The translations under genes were made by a program, and so were the position numbers. Below, piece by piece: positions 1 to 10,230 of a stretch of DNA of 64,000 nucleotides. Numbering within the stretch: position 1 is the stretch's first letter; each line of letters begins with the position of its first letter. Under the pieces are notes generated by a model. It was not told the origin of the DNA and made no database searches. It saw only the letters and a program-made list of their open reading frames with translations. Source of the stretch: Bdellovibrionales bacterium (GTDB lineage: Bacteria > Bdellovibrionota > Bdellovibrionia > Bdellovibrionales > JAUICD01); NCBI GenBank assembly GCA_965262715.1, contig OZ253553.1:2592001-2656000 (forward strand), written 5' to 3'.

Positions 1-3000
1 GACTTTGACTCCTTGGATTCTTTGTGATTCACATTGGTCTTGATTTGCATAGTTTTTAAGACTGCAAAAGGCTGGTTTGTCAAGTTTTTTGAATATGGAT
101 TCTTTGAAGCTATTTTATGATGATTTCTTGATGAACCATTTTTTTGATCTTTTGTTTTATGCCATTGTTTCTTGATTTTGTATTGATTGTGTTTGCTTTG
201 AGGGTTTTTGTGTTTAGCAACCCGTTGGTTATTTTTGTTTTGACCTTGCTCTTGTCCATAAAAACTTTTGCTATTATGTATTTGTTCTCTAGTTTCAGAT
301 GGTAGAAACTTCCATTTTCCAATTTCACTACTATCTTTAATCTTTTTGGCAATGTTATAAGCTGCCACTTTATCAGGATCATTAATATCTTTAAGGAATT
401 CAAATTTCTCATTATAGAAACTTGGCTTGACCTCTGGGGTATAGTCTTTTTCCCTTTCTTCTTCAGTTTTAAAAGCATAAGTATCAAATCCACATGACTG
501 GCATCTAAAACGTTTTTGTTTAAATTTCTCGTCATTCTTTTCTTTGTGTGTCTGCTTTTCTTCACAATAAGGACAATTCTTGCTTGTGTTAAATTCATCT
601 ACAAAAACAATAGCTCCAATTTGTGAAGATCTAATGGATTCCTTATTGTCTTTTTGTTGTTTCCGAACATCTTCTCTTAATTGAATGATGTCTTTAACAT
701 GAGGAGGGACCAAACTCAAAGATTGAAATTTATTATATAGAGCGACTTCTAGCCTATTATAAATATTGTCATTTTCTTTAGTTTTTCCTTTTTCTAAATC
801 TTCTAAAAGAATAAATCCAGGGTAAGTTTTATATAGATAAGAAATTACTCCTACTATATTAGCAGTAAGAGCATTTCGTAAGTGATTGATTTGTAAAATA
901 CTCGGTGTATGTCTTTCATCTTGACTTTTTAGTTCATCAAGATAACGATTCAAATCTTTTTCAATGCATTTTTCAGAAATAATGTCTTTATATTTATTAC
1001 AATAGTGGTAAATAGCTGTTTCTGGGTCTTCTCTATTAGCCCCTATATTGATATTTAAAACTCCTTCTGGATGATGTTGTTTCGACTCCTTACCATTTTT
1101 ATATTCAAATTTATATTTACTCCATTCTAATTTTGCTGTTGAATCGACTTGCCCTTTACCATAAAGTTCATACAGTTTACGTTTAGCTGATACTTTTTTA
1201 AGCTTAAGGTAAGTCCTCACATCACCATTAATAACGATTTTTCCTTTAATGACTTTAGCTGTTGTCAAATCCAGACAAGAGGTAGGTTTGATGTCAAAAA
1301 GTGATTTGTATTTGTCATCTATAAAATAAGAAAGGTTGTCAATAGCTCTTTGATGTGTTTTTTCTCTCTGCTTTCCATCATCAAAAAGGATTTGATAGTT
1401 ATAATCTTTCAAAGTGTAGCATTCAATAGAAGCAAGTTTTGATTTTACAACTTTTTTGTCATTAGCTTCATAAATATCTTGATCAAGATTAAATTGAGCA
1501 AGGCATAAGGTCGCAAGTTCAGTTTGGCCTCTATCAATTCCATACTTCCAAGCTGTTTTAAAATCTTTTTCAGAATTGAACTTTGCATTGAAACCATTTA
1601 TTTTTTCGCATAAGTCTTCAGGCTTGGCAAAGGCCAAATCTTCATATTTGTTGCCTGCATTGAGTGCTAAGGTCAATCCTATTGTCAACTGTTCCTGTTT
1701 CTTTCGGTGCTTAAACTTAGTAGGAAAATCTTTGTTGTTAAGGTATTTTTCCAAAGCATCATCAGCCCTCCGGTATCTGATTTTAACTTCAGGATTGAGT
1801 CGTACCTCTCCAACAGGAAAGTTTTTCACTGTTGCGGTTTTATCTGGTTTATCAATATTTTCCCAAAACACTTTCCACAAATCGGTATGATATTTATTTT
1901 TACTAGCAGGTGTTTGATGTGTGTTTTTATTCCTGCCTTCTAGATCATAAGAAGTCATATTTAAGACTGTCACATCATGATTTTTGATAAAGTTTTGTTT
2001 TTCTTCCTCATTAAGAGGTATTTCTTTAACGTGGTAGCAAGCACGTTCTAAAGCTTTTTCAAACTCATTAAACTCCTCAGTTTGATGTACCTCTTGCAAG
2101 TTACTAAAATGTTTAAGCTGTAGGGTCTTTTTTTCATCACTTTCAGGTAATCCCTGTTGCCATTCTAGTACTTTTTTAAAAAATTTTAATTCCTCTTCCT
2201 TTTTTCTTTCTCTTTTTTGTTCACTACTTTGAGAGAATGCTTGATTATTACTCTCTTTTTTATTGATTGCTTTGGTTTTTGTTCGAAGATCTTTTAAGTA
2301 GTCTGGCATTGCTTCAACAAAAGTGCTTTGTTCTGCAAAGCAGAGTTTATGTAAGGCTCTCATAGTTAGGGATTCAAAACAGCAAAGATATGGACATCCT
2401 AAACTGTTGTTTTGTTCAGCAAGTTCATTAATATCTTTCTTTGCATCTTGCATTTTGTCTTTAGGTATAAGCCATAGTTTTTTATGATCATTTTCTACAT
2501 AGATCAAACTCCAATAGCTTGTTTGCTTTGCTTCTTCTTTTTCTTTTTCAATGCCTTTAATTTGAGCAATAAGTTTACCTAGTTCTTGTGCTACTTTTTT
2601 GTAACCTTCACAAAAGTTTCCATATTCTGCGAAATAGCAATTTTTGCCAAATAGAAAGTCCCTCCCTCTTTTTTTTGCTGTATCTCTCTTTTTTTGACTA
2701 TCTTGTTCTTGTTCTATATTTCGAGTTAATTCTATAAATTCGTTGTATTTTTCTTCAGCTTTTCCTGTATAATACTTATTTTTATGCTTATTATCGAATT
2801 GAAACAAAGAAAAAGTTTGATTAATCCCTTCAAGATCAAACTGCTCATAACCTAGTTTATATTCTTTAAGTAAATGATTTTTTTTGACTTCATAACTACT
2901 ACCACTTTTTTTATCACTGGCAATGTGTTTCATCACTTCATAAAAAATAGATTTTTGCTCTGCTTTAAAAGCTTTCATAGCATGGTAAGTTTGATCTAAG

Positions 3001-3992
3001 GAAAGCTCCACTCTATTTTGAAGATCGCCTTTTATTTTATATTCATTGCTTTCGTCTTTATTGTACTTATCAATATACCTTTCAAGCCATTTCTTTTCTA
3101 AATCACTCTTAAAGGTAAGTATTTTTTGATCTTTTTGGCCATTTTTATTTAAAGTATGCCAAATATAACCATTTTTATTTTCTATTTTTGAGCAACATTC
3201 TTCATACCTTCTTTTTTCTAATTTTGCTAATTTATTCTCATAATAATCTTTTGGTTTTTTGTTAACGGTGTAATAATTAAAGCTTGCTTTGGCAATTTCA
3301 ATGCCGGAGGAGTCAGAGGAAAGATAGATTTGCTCTGCTGTTTTTAGATCTTTTTGTAATTGCTCTAAATCACTTTTTAAGCTTTTAATTTGATTATCTA
3401 AATTTGATTCAGATGTATGAGCTTCATTTAAAAAAGCTTGAATATAAGGTAGTCTTTTATTATTTAAAAACCATCTAATGAGATAAGCTATATCACTATG
3501 ACGCGCTTGAAATTCTTTTAGCTGTTGAGAGTATCTTTTAAGCTGATCTACTTTCTCTTTCCAATTCTCAAGCCACTTTTTTAAACTTTCATCTTCATGT
3601 ATGAGTTCTAATTCCTGAAGTTTGTACTTACCATCTTTATTTCTTAGATTCTTGATGGAAGCATGAAAGATATTTTTATGCCAAACTTTTAGCCAATTTT
3701 TACTTACAGATAACTTCTTATTGAATTTTGGTTCTTTATTTTTGGCATCCTCTTTATCATCATCATCTGTTTTGTGAGAAAAAAACAATAATTTTCCTAG
3801 ACCTGTATAAACTTTCAATAAAAGATTAGATAATTCAGGTATATCAACTTGAGATTTATCCCATTGTAGTTTTTTTTGAAAACATTGACTTTGGCTTTGT
3901 GGCTTAACTTTAAAACGGATGGCGCGGGTGTATTGATAAGGATTATCAAAACCATTTTCTTTTAGAGTAGTAGTAGAACTTTCTTCCTTCAT
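1..3992 (-). CDS. Type V CRISPR effector, Cms1/Cas12a2-related (Smithella-type clade, Cas12a3-like); 3' end outside window
   Basis: Manual translation from ATG 3992 (upstream in-frame TAG at 4020-4022): MKEESSTTTLKENGFDNPYQYTRAIRFKV; SSGIEIAKASFNYYTVNKK; FESLTMRALHKLCF; RuvC-I WKYGIDRGQTELATLCL (D at 1535-1533); LDLTTAKVIKGKIVINGD; RuvC-II ILLEDL (E at 803-801); zinc finger CPYC...CQSC; RuvC-III DPDKVAAYNIAK (D at 374-372). The start, RuvC and zinc-finger codons share one frame, which is open at position 1. The ORF track lists no fragment in this frame, consistent with no internal stop. Confidence 0.92.
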   Translation of the reverse strand, partial: MKEESSTTTLKENGFDNPYQYTRAIRFKVKPQSQSQCFQKKLQWDKSQVDIPELSNLLLKVYTGLGKLLFFSHKTDDDDKEDAKNKEPKFNKKLSVSKNWLKVWHKNIFHASIKNLRNKDGKYKLQELELIHEDESLKKWLENWKEKVDQLKRYSQQLKEFQARHSDIAYLIRWFLNNKRLPYIQAFLNEAHTSESNLDNQIKSLKSDLEQLQKDLKTAEQIYLSSDSSGIEIAKASFNYYTVNKKPKDYYENKLAKLEKRRYEECCSKIENKNGYIWHTLNKNGQKDQKILTFKSDLEKKWLERYIDKYNKDESNEYKIKGDLQNRVELSLDQTYHAMKAFKAEQKSIFYEVMKHIASDKKSGSSYEVKKNHLLKEYKLGYEQFDLEGINQTFSLFQFDNKHKNKYYTGKAEEKYNEFIELTRNIEQEQDSQKKRDTAKKRGRDFLFGKNCYFAEYGNFCEGYKKVAQELGKLIAQIKGIEKEKEEAKQTSYWSLIYVENDHKKLWLIPKDKMQDAKKDINELAEQNNSLGCPYLCCFESLTMRALHKLCFAEQSTFVEAMPDYLKDLRTKTKAINKKESNNQAFSQSSEQKRERKKEEELKFFKKVLEWQQGLPESDEKKTLQLKHFSNLQEVHQTEEFNEFEKALERACYHVKEIPLNEEEKQNFIKNHDVTVLNMTSYDLEGRNKNTHQTPASKNKYHTDLWKVFWENIDKPDKTATVKNFPVGEVRLNPEVKIRYRRADDALEKYLNNKDFPTKFKHRKKQEQLTIGLTLALNAGNKYEDLAFAKPEDLCEKINGFNAKFNSEKDFKTAWKYGIDRGQTELATLCLAQFNLDQDIYEANDKKVVKSKLASIECYTLKDYNYQILFDDGKQREKTHQRAIDNLSYFIDDKYKSLFDIKPTSCLDLTTAKVIKGKIVINGDVRTYLKLKKVSAKRKLYELYGKGQVDSTAKLEWSKYKFEYKNGKESKQHHPEGVLNINIGANREDPETAIYHYCNKYKDIISEKCIEKDLNRYLDELKSQDERHTPSILQINHLRNALTANIVGVISYLYKTYPGFILLEDLEKGKTKENDNIYNRLEVALYNKFQSLSLVPPHVKDIIQLREDVRKQQKDNKESIRSSQIGAIVFVDEFNTSKNCPYCEEKQTHKEKNDEKFKQKRFRCQSCGFDTYAFKTEEEREKDYTPEVKPSFYNEKFEFLKDINDPDKVAAYNIAKKIKDSSEIGKWKFLPSETREQIHNSKSFYGQEQGQNKNNQRVAKHKNPQSKHNQYKIKKQWHKTKDQKNGSSRNHHKIASKNPYSKNLTNQPFAVLKTMQIKTNVNHKESKESK

Positions 3993-4389
3993 ATTTTTCT
4001 CTTCATTAGTTTCATTTAACTAGGCCTTAAAAATATGTAGTCTTTCTGTAAGCATAATAATATGAATAGGCACAAAGTAATGCTTCTAAGTATGCTTTGT
4101 TTTATACAAGCCATTTGCTTTGAATGTCCTTTCATTTATTTTTGTTAAGTAGAAGAAAAACTGTGATGTTAAGAATCTTGTGATTTAAAAAAGATACTAT
4201 GTTTAATTATCGGTAAGATATAGGCGATTCTTTATTATTTGATGAGGTTTTCTTTTAAGATAATAAATAACAATAAAATTATTAACTTTTCTAATTATAA
4301 AACATATTTTTTAGGAGACTTGTATTGTTTTGATAATTAGAAGCAACAAAAGAAGTTTTATATTTTATAGTTATCTCTTTTAATTGTAA

Positions 4390-4752
4390 TTATTTACTTA
4401 AGGGTTCTAAGAGGGACCACTTAGAAGGAAGGCTGCTAGTGAATTTGATACCCTTATTGATCCACACTATCAGATCTTCTTCAAATTCGATACCTTCTGG
4501 GTCTACAAGCACCCATCCTTTCACTATTCGACCACTCATGTTAGCAAGGCTGGTGTATGGTTCTGCAAGTATCTCATCGTGTTTCTTTTTGTCACATCGG
4601 ACGAGTAGCGATCCTTTCTTCCACGTGCCAACACATATATTGCCATTGAGCATAAAACAGACACTACCAAACATTTTTTTTTCAGAGAACAACCCCTTCC
4701 GTCTTGAAAGGATGGATCGTATGCGTTCAATTAGCACTTCATCGTTTTTCAT
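4390..4752 (-). CDS. TfoX/Sxy N-terminal domain protein
   Basis: EKKMFGSVCFMLNGNICVG ... LLVR ... MSGRIVKGWVLV pattern typical of TfoX_N small proteins. Confidence 0.8.
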   Translation of the reverse strand: MKNDEVLIERIRSILSRRKGLFSEKKMFGSVCFMLNGNICVGTWKKGSLLVRCDKKKHDEILAEPYTSLANMSGRIVKGWVLVDPEGIEFEEDLIVWINKGIKFTSSLPSKWSLLEPLSK

Positions 4753-4864
4753 GGATCTCTTGTTTACTTAGAGTTTTCTTTTATGTCAATTTTTAACTAG
4801 AGGCCACCTCAAAAATCCTGAATTTATTACAAATAAAGGAGAAGAATTATTGATATTAATGAAA

Positions 4865-5490
4865 CTAACTTAAGAATAATTTTTTTGCGGCTTTGCCAGA
4901 AGCATAACAAGATGAACCATCAACATTTGCTCCAATAATCCCAGAAACAAAAGGAATACCTTTTCCTAGATTTATTATACCTTTCTCTCCAAACTTTGTA
5001 ATCAATCTAGTACCTACAAAGCGATTTATTGTGTTTAAAGTTTCCTTGTTTATTGAAGAAATAACTTTATGAGTTAATTTTTCACCTATTTTTATTCCAA
5101 TCTTTTTTAAAGGTTCTGTACACAGATCACCAATTAAACAACAATAAGCAAGTGTTTTTACTTGATCTTCAGATGGTTTATATCTTGATATTTTTGCAAT
5201 AATTGCAATCATATGCATTTGAATATAAAAAGATGCTGCTAATCCGACAGGAATGGCTATAGGTAAAGTAATCAATCCTCCTATAGAAGATACAAATCAA
5301 AATATTGAACTTTTTGTTAAATGCCATCGAATAACAGAGTCAATGGTTTCCTTTTTTTTTATTATTGCTATTTTTTAAATATTTTTCTGCCTCTTTTTCT
5401 ACAGCTGATGTGCCATGCAAGCCTTCTATGACATTGTCATATATAGGATCAAGAGCCTTGATAATATTGCCTTTATTAACTTTTATATTA
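4865..5490 (-). pseudogene. EcsC family protein, disrupted
   Basis: C-terminal part GGLITLPIAIP...RLITKFGEKGIINLGKGIPFVSGIIG is EcsC-like. The upstream part (KALDPIYDNVIEGLHG...) is broken by a frameshift in the homopolymer run near 5353-5360 and an in-frame TGA near 5297. Confidence 0.7.
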
Positions 5491-5531
5491 TTCTTCCTAC
5501 AACTTTAATTTAAGAAAGATTGGAGATTGAT

Positions 5532-8500
5532 CTAAGAAGATTTTCTTAGTTTATAATTTTTTGGGAAACATCTTTTTTTTGACCTCCCAACTACTTTCTC
5601 CGATTGAACGTAATTTTGCCATTTGTTCTTTTTAACAGCTCCTAATTTTAATTTTTCAATATCTTCTGACTTTTTGATTTCCTCTAAAATACAAATACCT
5701 TTCCTTGCAATGTTGTAAGCACCATTGGCATCTGAATCTACCGGCAATTTTGCAGTTTTAATTTCACCGACATACCGACTATCAAAAAAAGGTTCAACAG
5801 GTGAGAGAATATAATCCAAATCACCATCATTAACTCGTATATTCAAAATAGCATTAAAATACCTGGCCATCTGCTCATGCAAATCAACATTATTATTTTG
5901 TGCAAGCTGTCCTTTAATACACTTGCCATCTTGATAGCTGATCTCATGCTTTTTTAATAAACTGACTAGCTCTTTATGAAGATCATAGACATGAGTTATT
6001 TTCTTATCTCTATCATAATAAGAGCGGGTCACATTACTGCATACAGTCCACTCTTTTCTTTTAACTTCAAGATCTTCTTTTTGTTGTCTTCCAGATTGCT
6101 TCACTTTGCTAATATCATAGGTAAACTCAAAATAATCTTCCTTTGTATTAAACTGAATGCTATTAAAACTATTCCAAAAACTTTGAGAATCCTTTAAATT
6201 TGTATAACTATAATGAGTATTTTTTAAAAACCCTGTAATAGGATCTGTTGTTGATGTATAGCTAGCTGTTGTATAAAATAAAATACCGCTCTGTTTGCCC
6301 AATTTTTCAAAACTTTTAAATGGTGCAGCTAGTTGATAAGCCTTAAGATAATGACCAGACTGCCCTTTAGGTGCATTCTTAAAAACTAAATAATTTAGTT
6401 TATCTATAAGCGTCTTTTCAAACTTTTGGTAGACTTGCTTTTCAACTTTAAAACGTCCTCGCTTAAATCCAAAATTTAAATCCTCTAAAACAACGATGGC
6501 ATTATATTTTATGATAAGCTGTGAAAGTTTATGAACCACTTGTGATAGATAACCGTCCTTTAATTCCTTGATGTTTTTAATGTGAAACCAATTCTTTCTA
6601 GCACTATCTCTTTCTTTTCCCTTCTCATCTAGCTTTTTATGGTAATCAATAGCTTTACCCGTATGAGTATTTGTAATGCTATTAAGAGTGTCTTGCTCTA
6701 TAATATCACCATTTTGATTGATAATAGAATAATAAAGTAGGTTTTTTTCTCCTCTGTCAATACCAATGATATTAACCTTACTATGCTGCTTTTTTAAAAA
6801 CTTGTTTATCTCTATATTGGTATCTTTATTTTGTGGATTATTAGGCCGTTTGTAATTAAGAGTGATTGGAACATGAAAGAAAAACTTATCCTCACTATAC
6901 CTGCGGTCTTTTAATATAGGATATTTGAATTTTCCTTTTAAACTTTCTGTATGGTGTCCCTCTGTTTTTTGTTTGTCTGTATATTTAATAGAAGCTGGAC
7001 GGAAGAAAATCTCTGCTTTACCATTTAACTTAATCGTATCACCTTGACTTTTTGCTTTGCCGTTGAAAAGCCGAATGACTTTACCTTCATTTTTCTCTTG
7101 AAATAGACCTTTCCAGTACAGAGTATGAAGGTTATCCTTACCTTTTGATTTTTTGTTTAAAGAAAAGTCTTTGTTATAAATCTCAAAAAAATACAGCCAA
7201 CCTTTTTCTATACAGTAATGAATGTAGTCTACGGATACATCCTGAAATGTGACTTTGTAACCTTGATGTTCTACTTCACGATAAAAATCACTTAAATCAT
7301 TATAGCTTTCTGTGCGAGAAAACTTGAAGTTAAAATGTTTCCAGTCCGAATGCTTTAAAATAGAAGCTTTGAAGAAGTCAATCACTTTGTACATATCGTG
7401 TTGATTAAACTCCTTCTTTTTAAATTCACTTTTAGGCTGTCCATCCTTTGTATGACTAGCATGATTAATTATTTTTAAAATCTCTTTTGAAGGAGAGTAA
7501 TCTTTAATATTCTTTTTGCTAAAAAAGACTTTAGGTAGCATTTTGTTAGCACCCGGTAAGAGTTTATAAACCATCTTCTGGTAGTTGCCATTCTCTTTTG
7601 AAGAAAGATGTGTCTTTTTATCTTTAAGTTCAGTGATTCTTTTTTGATGTTCTTCTAATTTATTTTTAATTTTTTGATAAACTAGAGCACCTTCCTTTTT
7701 TGTATTAAGTAGCTCTTCATCTTTTAATATTAATTCTCTATATGTTGTGATTTGGTTTTTTATTTCTTTAAAATCTATATTCTCAAACAAAGTCCTATGC
7801 TTTTTATCCATAACTCCAAGAAAGTACTGTTGATCTTTGATAAACAGTACGCAGCTATTATCTACTTCTTTATTTTGATCCCAGCCATTTGCAAGTGTAG
7901 GGTTTGCAAAATTAACTTTGACTTTATCCTTACTATAAGGCTTTTGCGTGATCCAATTGCGAGCCTTATTGTAAAGATGCATAACGCCAAACTGATCACT
8001 AAATGTTTGAAGAAACTCTTGCCACCTTTCACCTTCACTACTTTGCTCTTGTTCTTTTAAAAAGTCTTTTTCTCTCACTTGTAAAGTTCTCACAAAACTG
8101 GATAAACTAAGGCAGGCATCAAGAAAGTTTTGTATTAAAGCAATCTGTTCCTTTCGCTTTTTTGGTTTTTTGCTAAGTTCATCAAGGTTTAAAATACCCT
8201 CTTTATTTAATTTATCAAAAGATTCTTTGATACTAAAAATCTTCTGACCATTTTGATCCTTTCTTACTTCTCCGCTGATCAATGCTTTTAATTCTGTATT
8301 GATATAATCCCTGATCAATTTTTCAAGCTTCCATTCTTGCCATTTTTTTGTTATGAGACTTTTGTTTTCTTCTTGAATATAGCTAAAAATATCTTGGATT
8401 TCTTTAAATGATAAAAGCTTCTTCTTATATTCTTTAGTTTGATGGCTTTTAGAAAGATTGTGTTTTCCAGTGATATGCTTCTGCCACCAAAAGTTTAAAG

Positions 8501-9755
8501 TGTTCCAGTGACCACAAGTTTCTATAGATAGGCTTTTTATTTTTGCTCTACTGAGATAATGAAACTTTAAGTCAGTTTCTTCTAATAAATTCAAATGGTT
8601 TTTGATCTCTTTTTGTAAAAGACTTGGTAACTTCTTTTTTTTATTATGAAACATTTTAATGGTATTTAAAAATTCCTCGTCACTATCAAATACATCCATA
8701 AAGACACTGTCATCTTCACTAAGGATTTGTTTGTAGAATTGCTGCATGCCAGGAAAAGACTTGCGATCAGACTGGTTTTTTTGATAAGTTAAATTAATGA
8801 TTTCATTTAGGCCTTGCACTTTTTGAGTACCAGCCATTGCAGGACTGCCGCCTAAAATTTCATTGTATTTATCAATACCCGATTGAGAGAAGTAATTAAG
8901 AAAACCAGCAGGTTTAAATAGTTCATTGAGTTTAACTGTAACCTGTTTTTCTAAGGTGTTGATTTCTTTTTGAAAGTTCTTTTTGTTGGTGCTTGAGACT
9001 TCATTTAGACTTTTAGTGATTGTTTGCCATTTTTGGATATTCTTAAAATGAAACGGTAAATTTTGCTCAAACAAACGATAGGCTATAGATGTTGAATGAA
9101 GATTCTTACAGTCATAAATATTCTCACGGTTATCATGAAATCCTTCAAAATAAGTACTGAAACTCTCAAAAGGTTCACAGCTTTTTTCTAATTCATCTTT
9201 GGTATATGGAGTTTTATCCCTTTTTTGAACTTCAATAACCTTATCATCTCTGTTTTGATCTTCTTCTATTATAGTTTTTAAAACTTTAAAAATGGAAGCT
9301 GAAAGCAATAACTTAATGCCTTTCTTTTTCTTATTAAGTGAGTATTTAGACTCCCAATCATTAATAGTGTCATTAAAAAGATCTCCTAACTTTTTAGCTT
9401 GCTTTTTTTGATGGCCTTGATAGTTTTTATGATTTTCCTTTCTTTTTTCCCATGCTTTATAAAAATCATCTAGAAGTTTATTGTTAAATGTCTTTTTAAC
9501 TCGACTTTCAAGTAATGCTTCCCTTATAAACTGTCTATGCACATCATCTAATATTTCTTTCATGACTTTGTAATCTTCAGCTCGCTTTGCATCTTCACCA
9601 AAAATCTCATTGCTGTTTTTTTGCCATGTAGCTCCAATTATTCCTGCTGTTTTAATATGCTTTGTTGTGTTTCCAATAGGTCTAAGTTCAAATTTTAGAG
9701 TTTTATTTAAAGAATATTGATGGGTGAATTGATCAAAAATACTATTACTGCTCAT
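5532..9755 (-). CDS. cas12a: Type V-A CRISPR effector Cas12a (Cpf1)
   Basis: FTHQYSLNKTLKFELRP N-terminus; FSTYFEGFHDNRENIY; GWDQNKE; YKLLPGANKMLPKVF; RuvC motifs IGIDRGEKNL, VLEDLNFGFKRGR, DSDANGAYNIARKG; 1407 aa. Confidence 0.98.
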   Translation of the reverse strand: MSSNSIFDQFTHQYSLNKTLKFELRPIGNTTKHIKTAGIIGATWQKNSNEIFGEDAKRAEDYKVMKEILDDVHRQFIREALLESRVKKTFNNKLLDDFYKAWEKRKENHKNYQGHQKKQAKKLGDLFNDTINDWESKYSLNKKKKGIKLLLSASIFKVLKTIIEEDQNRDDKVIEVQKRDKTPYTKDELEKSCEPFESFSTYFEGFHDNRENIYDCKNLHSTSIAYRLFEQNLPFHFKNIQKWQTITKSLNEVSSTNKKNFQKEINTLEKQVTVKLNELFKPAGFLNYFSQSGIDKYNEILGGSPAMAGTQKVQGLNEIINLTYQKNQSDRKSFPGMQQFYKQILSEDDSVFMDVFDSDEEFLNTIKMFHNKKKKLPSLLQKEIKNHLNLLEETDLKFHYLSRAKIKSLSIETCGHWNTLNFWWQKHITGKHNLSKSHQTKEYKKKLLSFKEIQDIFSYIQEENKSLITKKWQEWKLEKLIRDYINTELKALISGEVRKDQNGQKIFSIKESFDKLNKEGILNLDELSKKPKKRKEQIALIQNFLDACLSLSSFVRTLQVREKDFLKEQEQSSEGERWQEFLQTFSDQFGVMHLYNKARNWITQKPYSKDKVKVNFANPTLANGWDQNKEVDNSCVLFIKDQQYFLGVMDKKHRTLFENIDFKEIKNQITTYRELILKDEELLNTKKEGALVYQKIKNKLEEHQKRITELKDKKTHLSSKENGNYQKMVYKLLPGANKMLPKVFFSKKNIKDYSPSKEILKIINHASHTKDGQPKSEFKKKEFNQHDMYKVIDFFKASILKHSDWKHFNFKFSRTESYNDLSDFYREVEHQGYKVTFQDVSVDYIHYCIEKGWLYFFEIYNKDFSLNKKSKGKDNLHTLYWKGLFQEKNEGKVIRLFNGKAKSQGDTIKLNGKAEIFFRPASIKYTDKQKTEGHHTESLKGKFKYPILKDRRYSEDKFFFHVPITLNYKRPNNPQNKDTNIEINKFLKKQHSKVNIIGIDRGEKNLLYYSIINQNGDIIEQDTLNSITNTHTGKAIDYHKKLDEKGKERDSARKNWFHIKNIKELKDGYLSQVVHKLSQLIIKYNAIVVLEDLNFGFKRGRFKVEKQVYQKFEKTLIDKLNYLVFKNAPKGQSGHYLKAYQLAAPFKSFEKLGKQSGILFYTTASYTSTTDPITGFLKNTHYSYTNLKDSQSFWNSFNSIQFNTKEDYFEFTYDISKVKQSGRQQKEDLEVKRKEWTVCSNVTRSYYDRDKKITHVYDLHKELVSLLKKHEISYQDGKCIKGQLAQNNNVDLHEQMARYFNAILNIRVNDGDLDYILSPVEPFFDSRYVGEIKTAKLPVDSDANGAYNIARKGICILEEIKKSEDIEKLKLGAVKKNKWQNYVQSEKVVGRSKKRCFPKNYKLRKSS

Positions 9756-10041
9756 AAAACAAACTCCTTTTTGTTGATTGTATTTTAGTTTTTTTTTGGA
9801 TTTAAAACATCTTGACTAGCTTTTAATGGAAAATTCTTATGATAAAAAATCAAGACTTGATGCTCTTTATTGTACATGTATTTTTTGAAAATCAAAATAA
9901 AAAAGATTTTTTATTTTTATCTTGTATCAATTTGAATCAATATTGAATATACTAAGAAATACTTAAAGTTAAGATATAACCTTTACATGTCTGAATGCAA
10001 AACAAAAACCCGCTATGCTCCCAGCTTTCTTTTTTTAGAAT

Positions 10042-10230
10042 CTATTTTTTAAGTTTTTGAAGTTGTTGGATTGAAAGATTTGTTATTTTGGCAATAAATT
10101 GCAGTTCCATATTTTGCTCTAACATCCGCAAAGCCACTTTTTCCATTCCTTTCTCTATTCCTTTCTCTATTCCTTTCTCTATTCCCTTTTCTATTCCTTC
10201 ATCAATCAATCGATCATAAGTGCTTTTCAT
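10042..10230 (-). CDS. Putative internally translated small Rpn C-terminal protein (RpnS-like antitoxin), 62 aa
   Basis: In-frame ATG at 10230 preceded by AAGGAGGAG (10245-10237) within the rpn coding sequence. Confidence 0.65.
   Translation of the reverse strand: MKSTYDRLIDEGIEKGIEKGIEKGIEKGMEKVALRMLEQNMELQFIAKITNLSIQQLQKLKK

Noticed and set aside
110..1943. ORF-track entries 110-598, 1576-1890 and 1707-1943
   Set aside because: Alternate-frame or antisense shadows of the large Cas12a2/3-like gene
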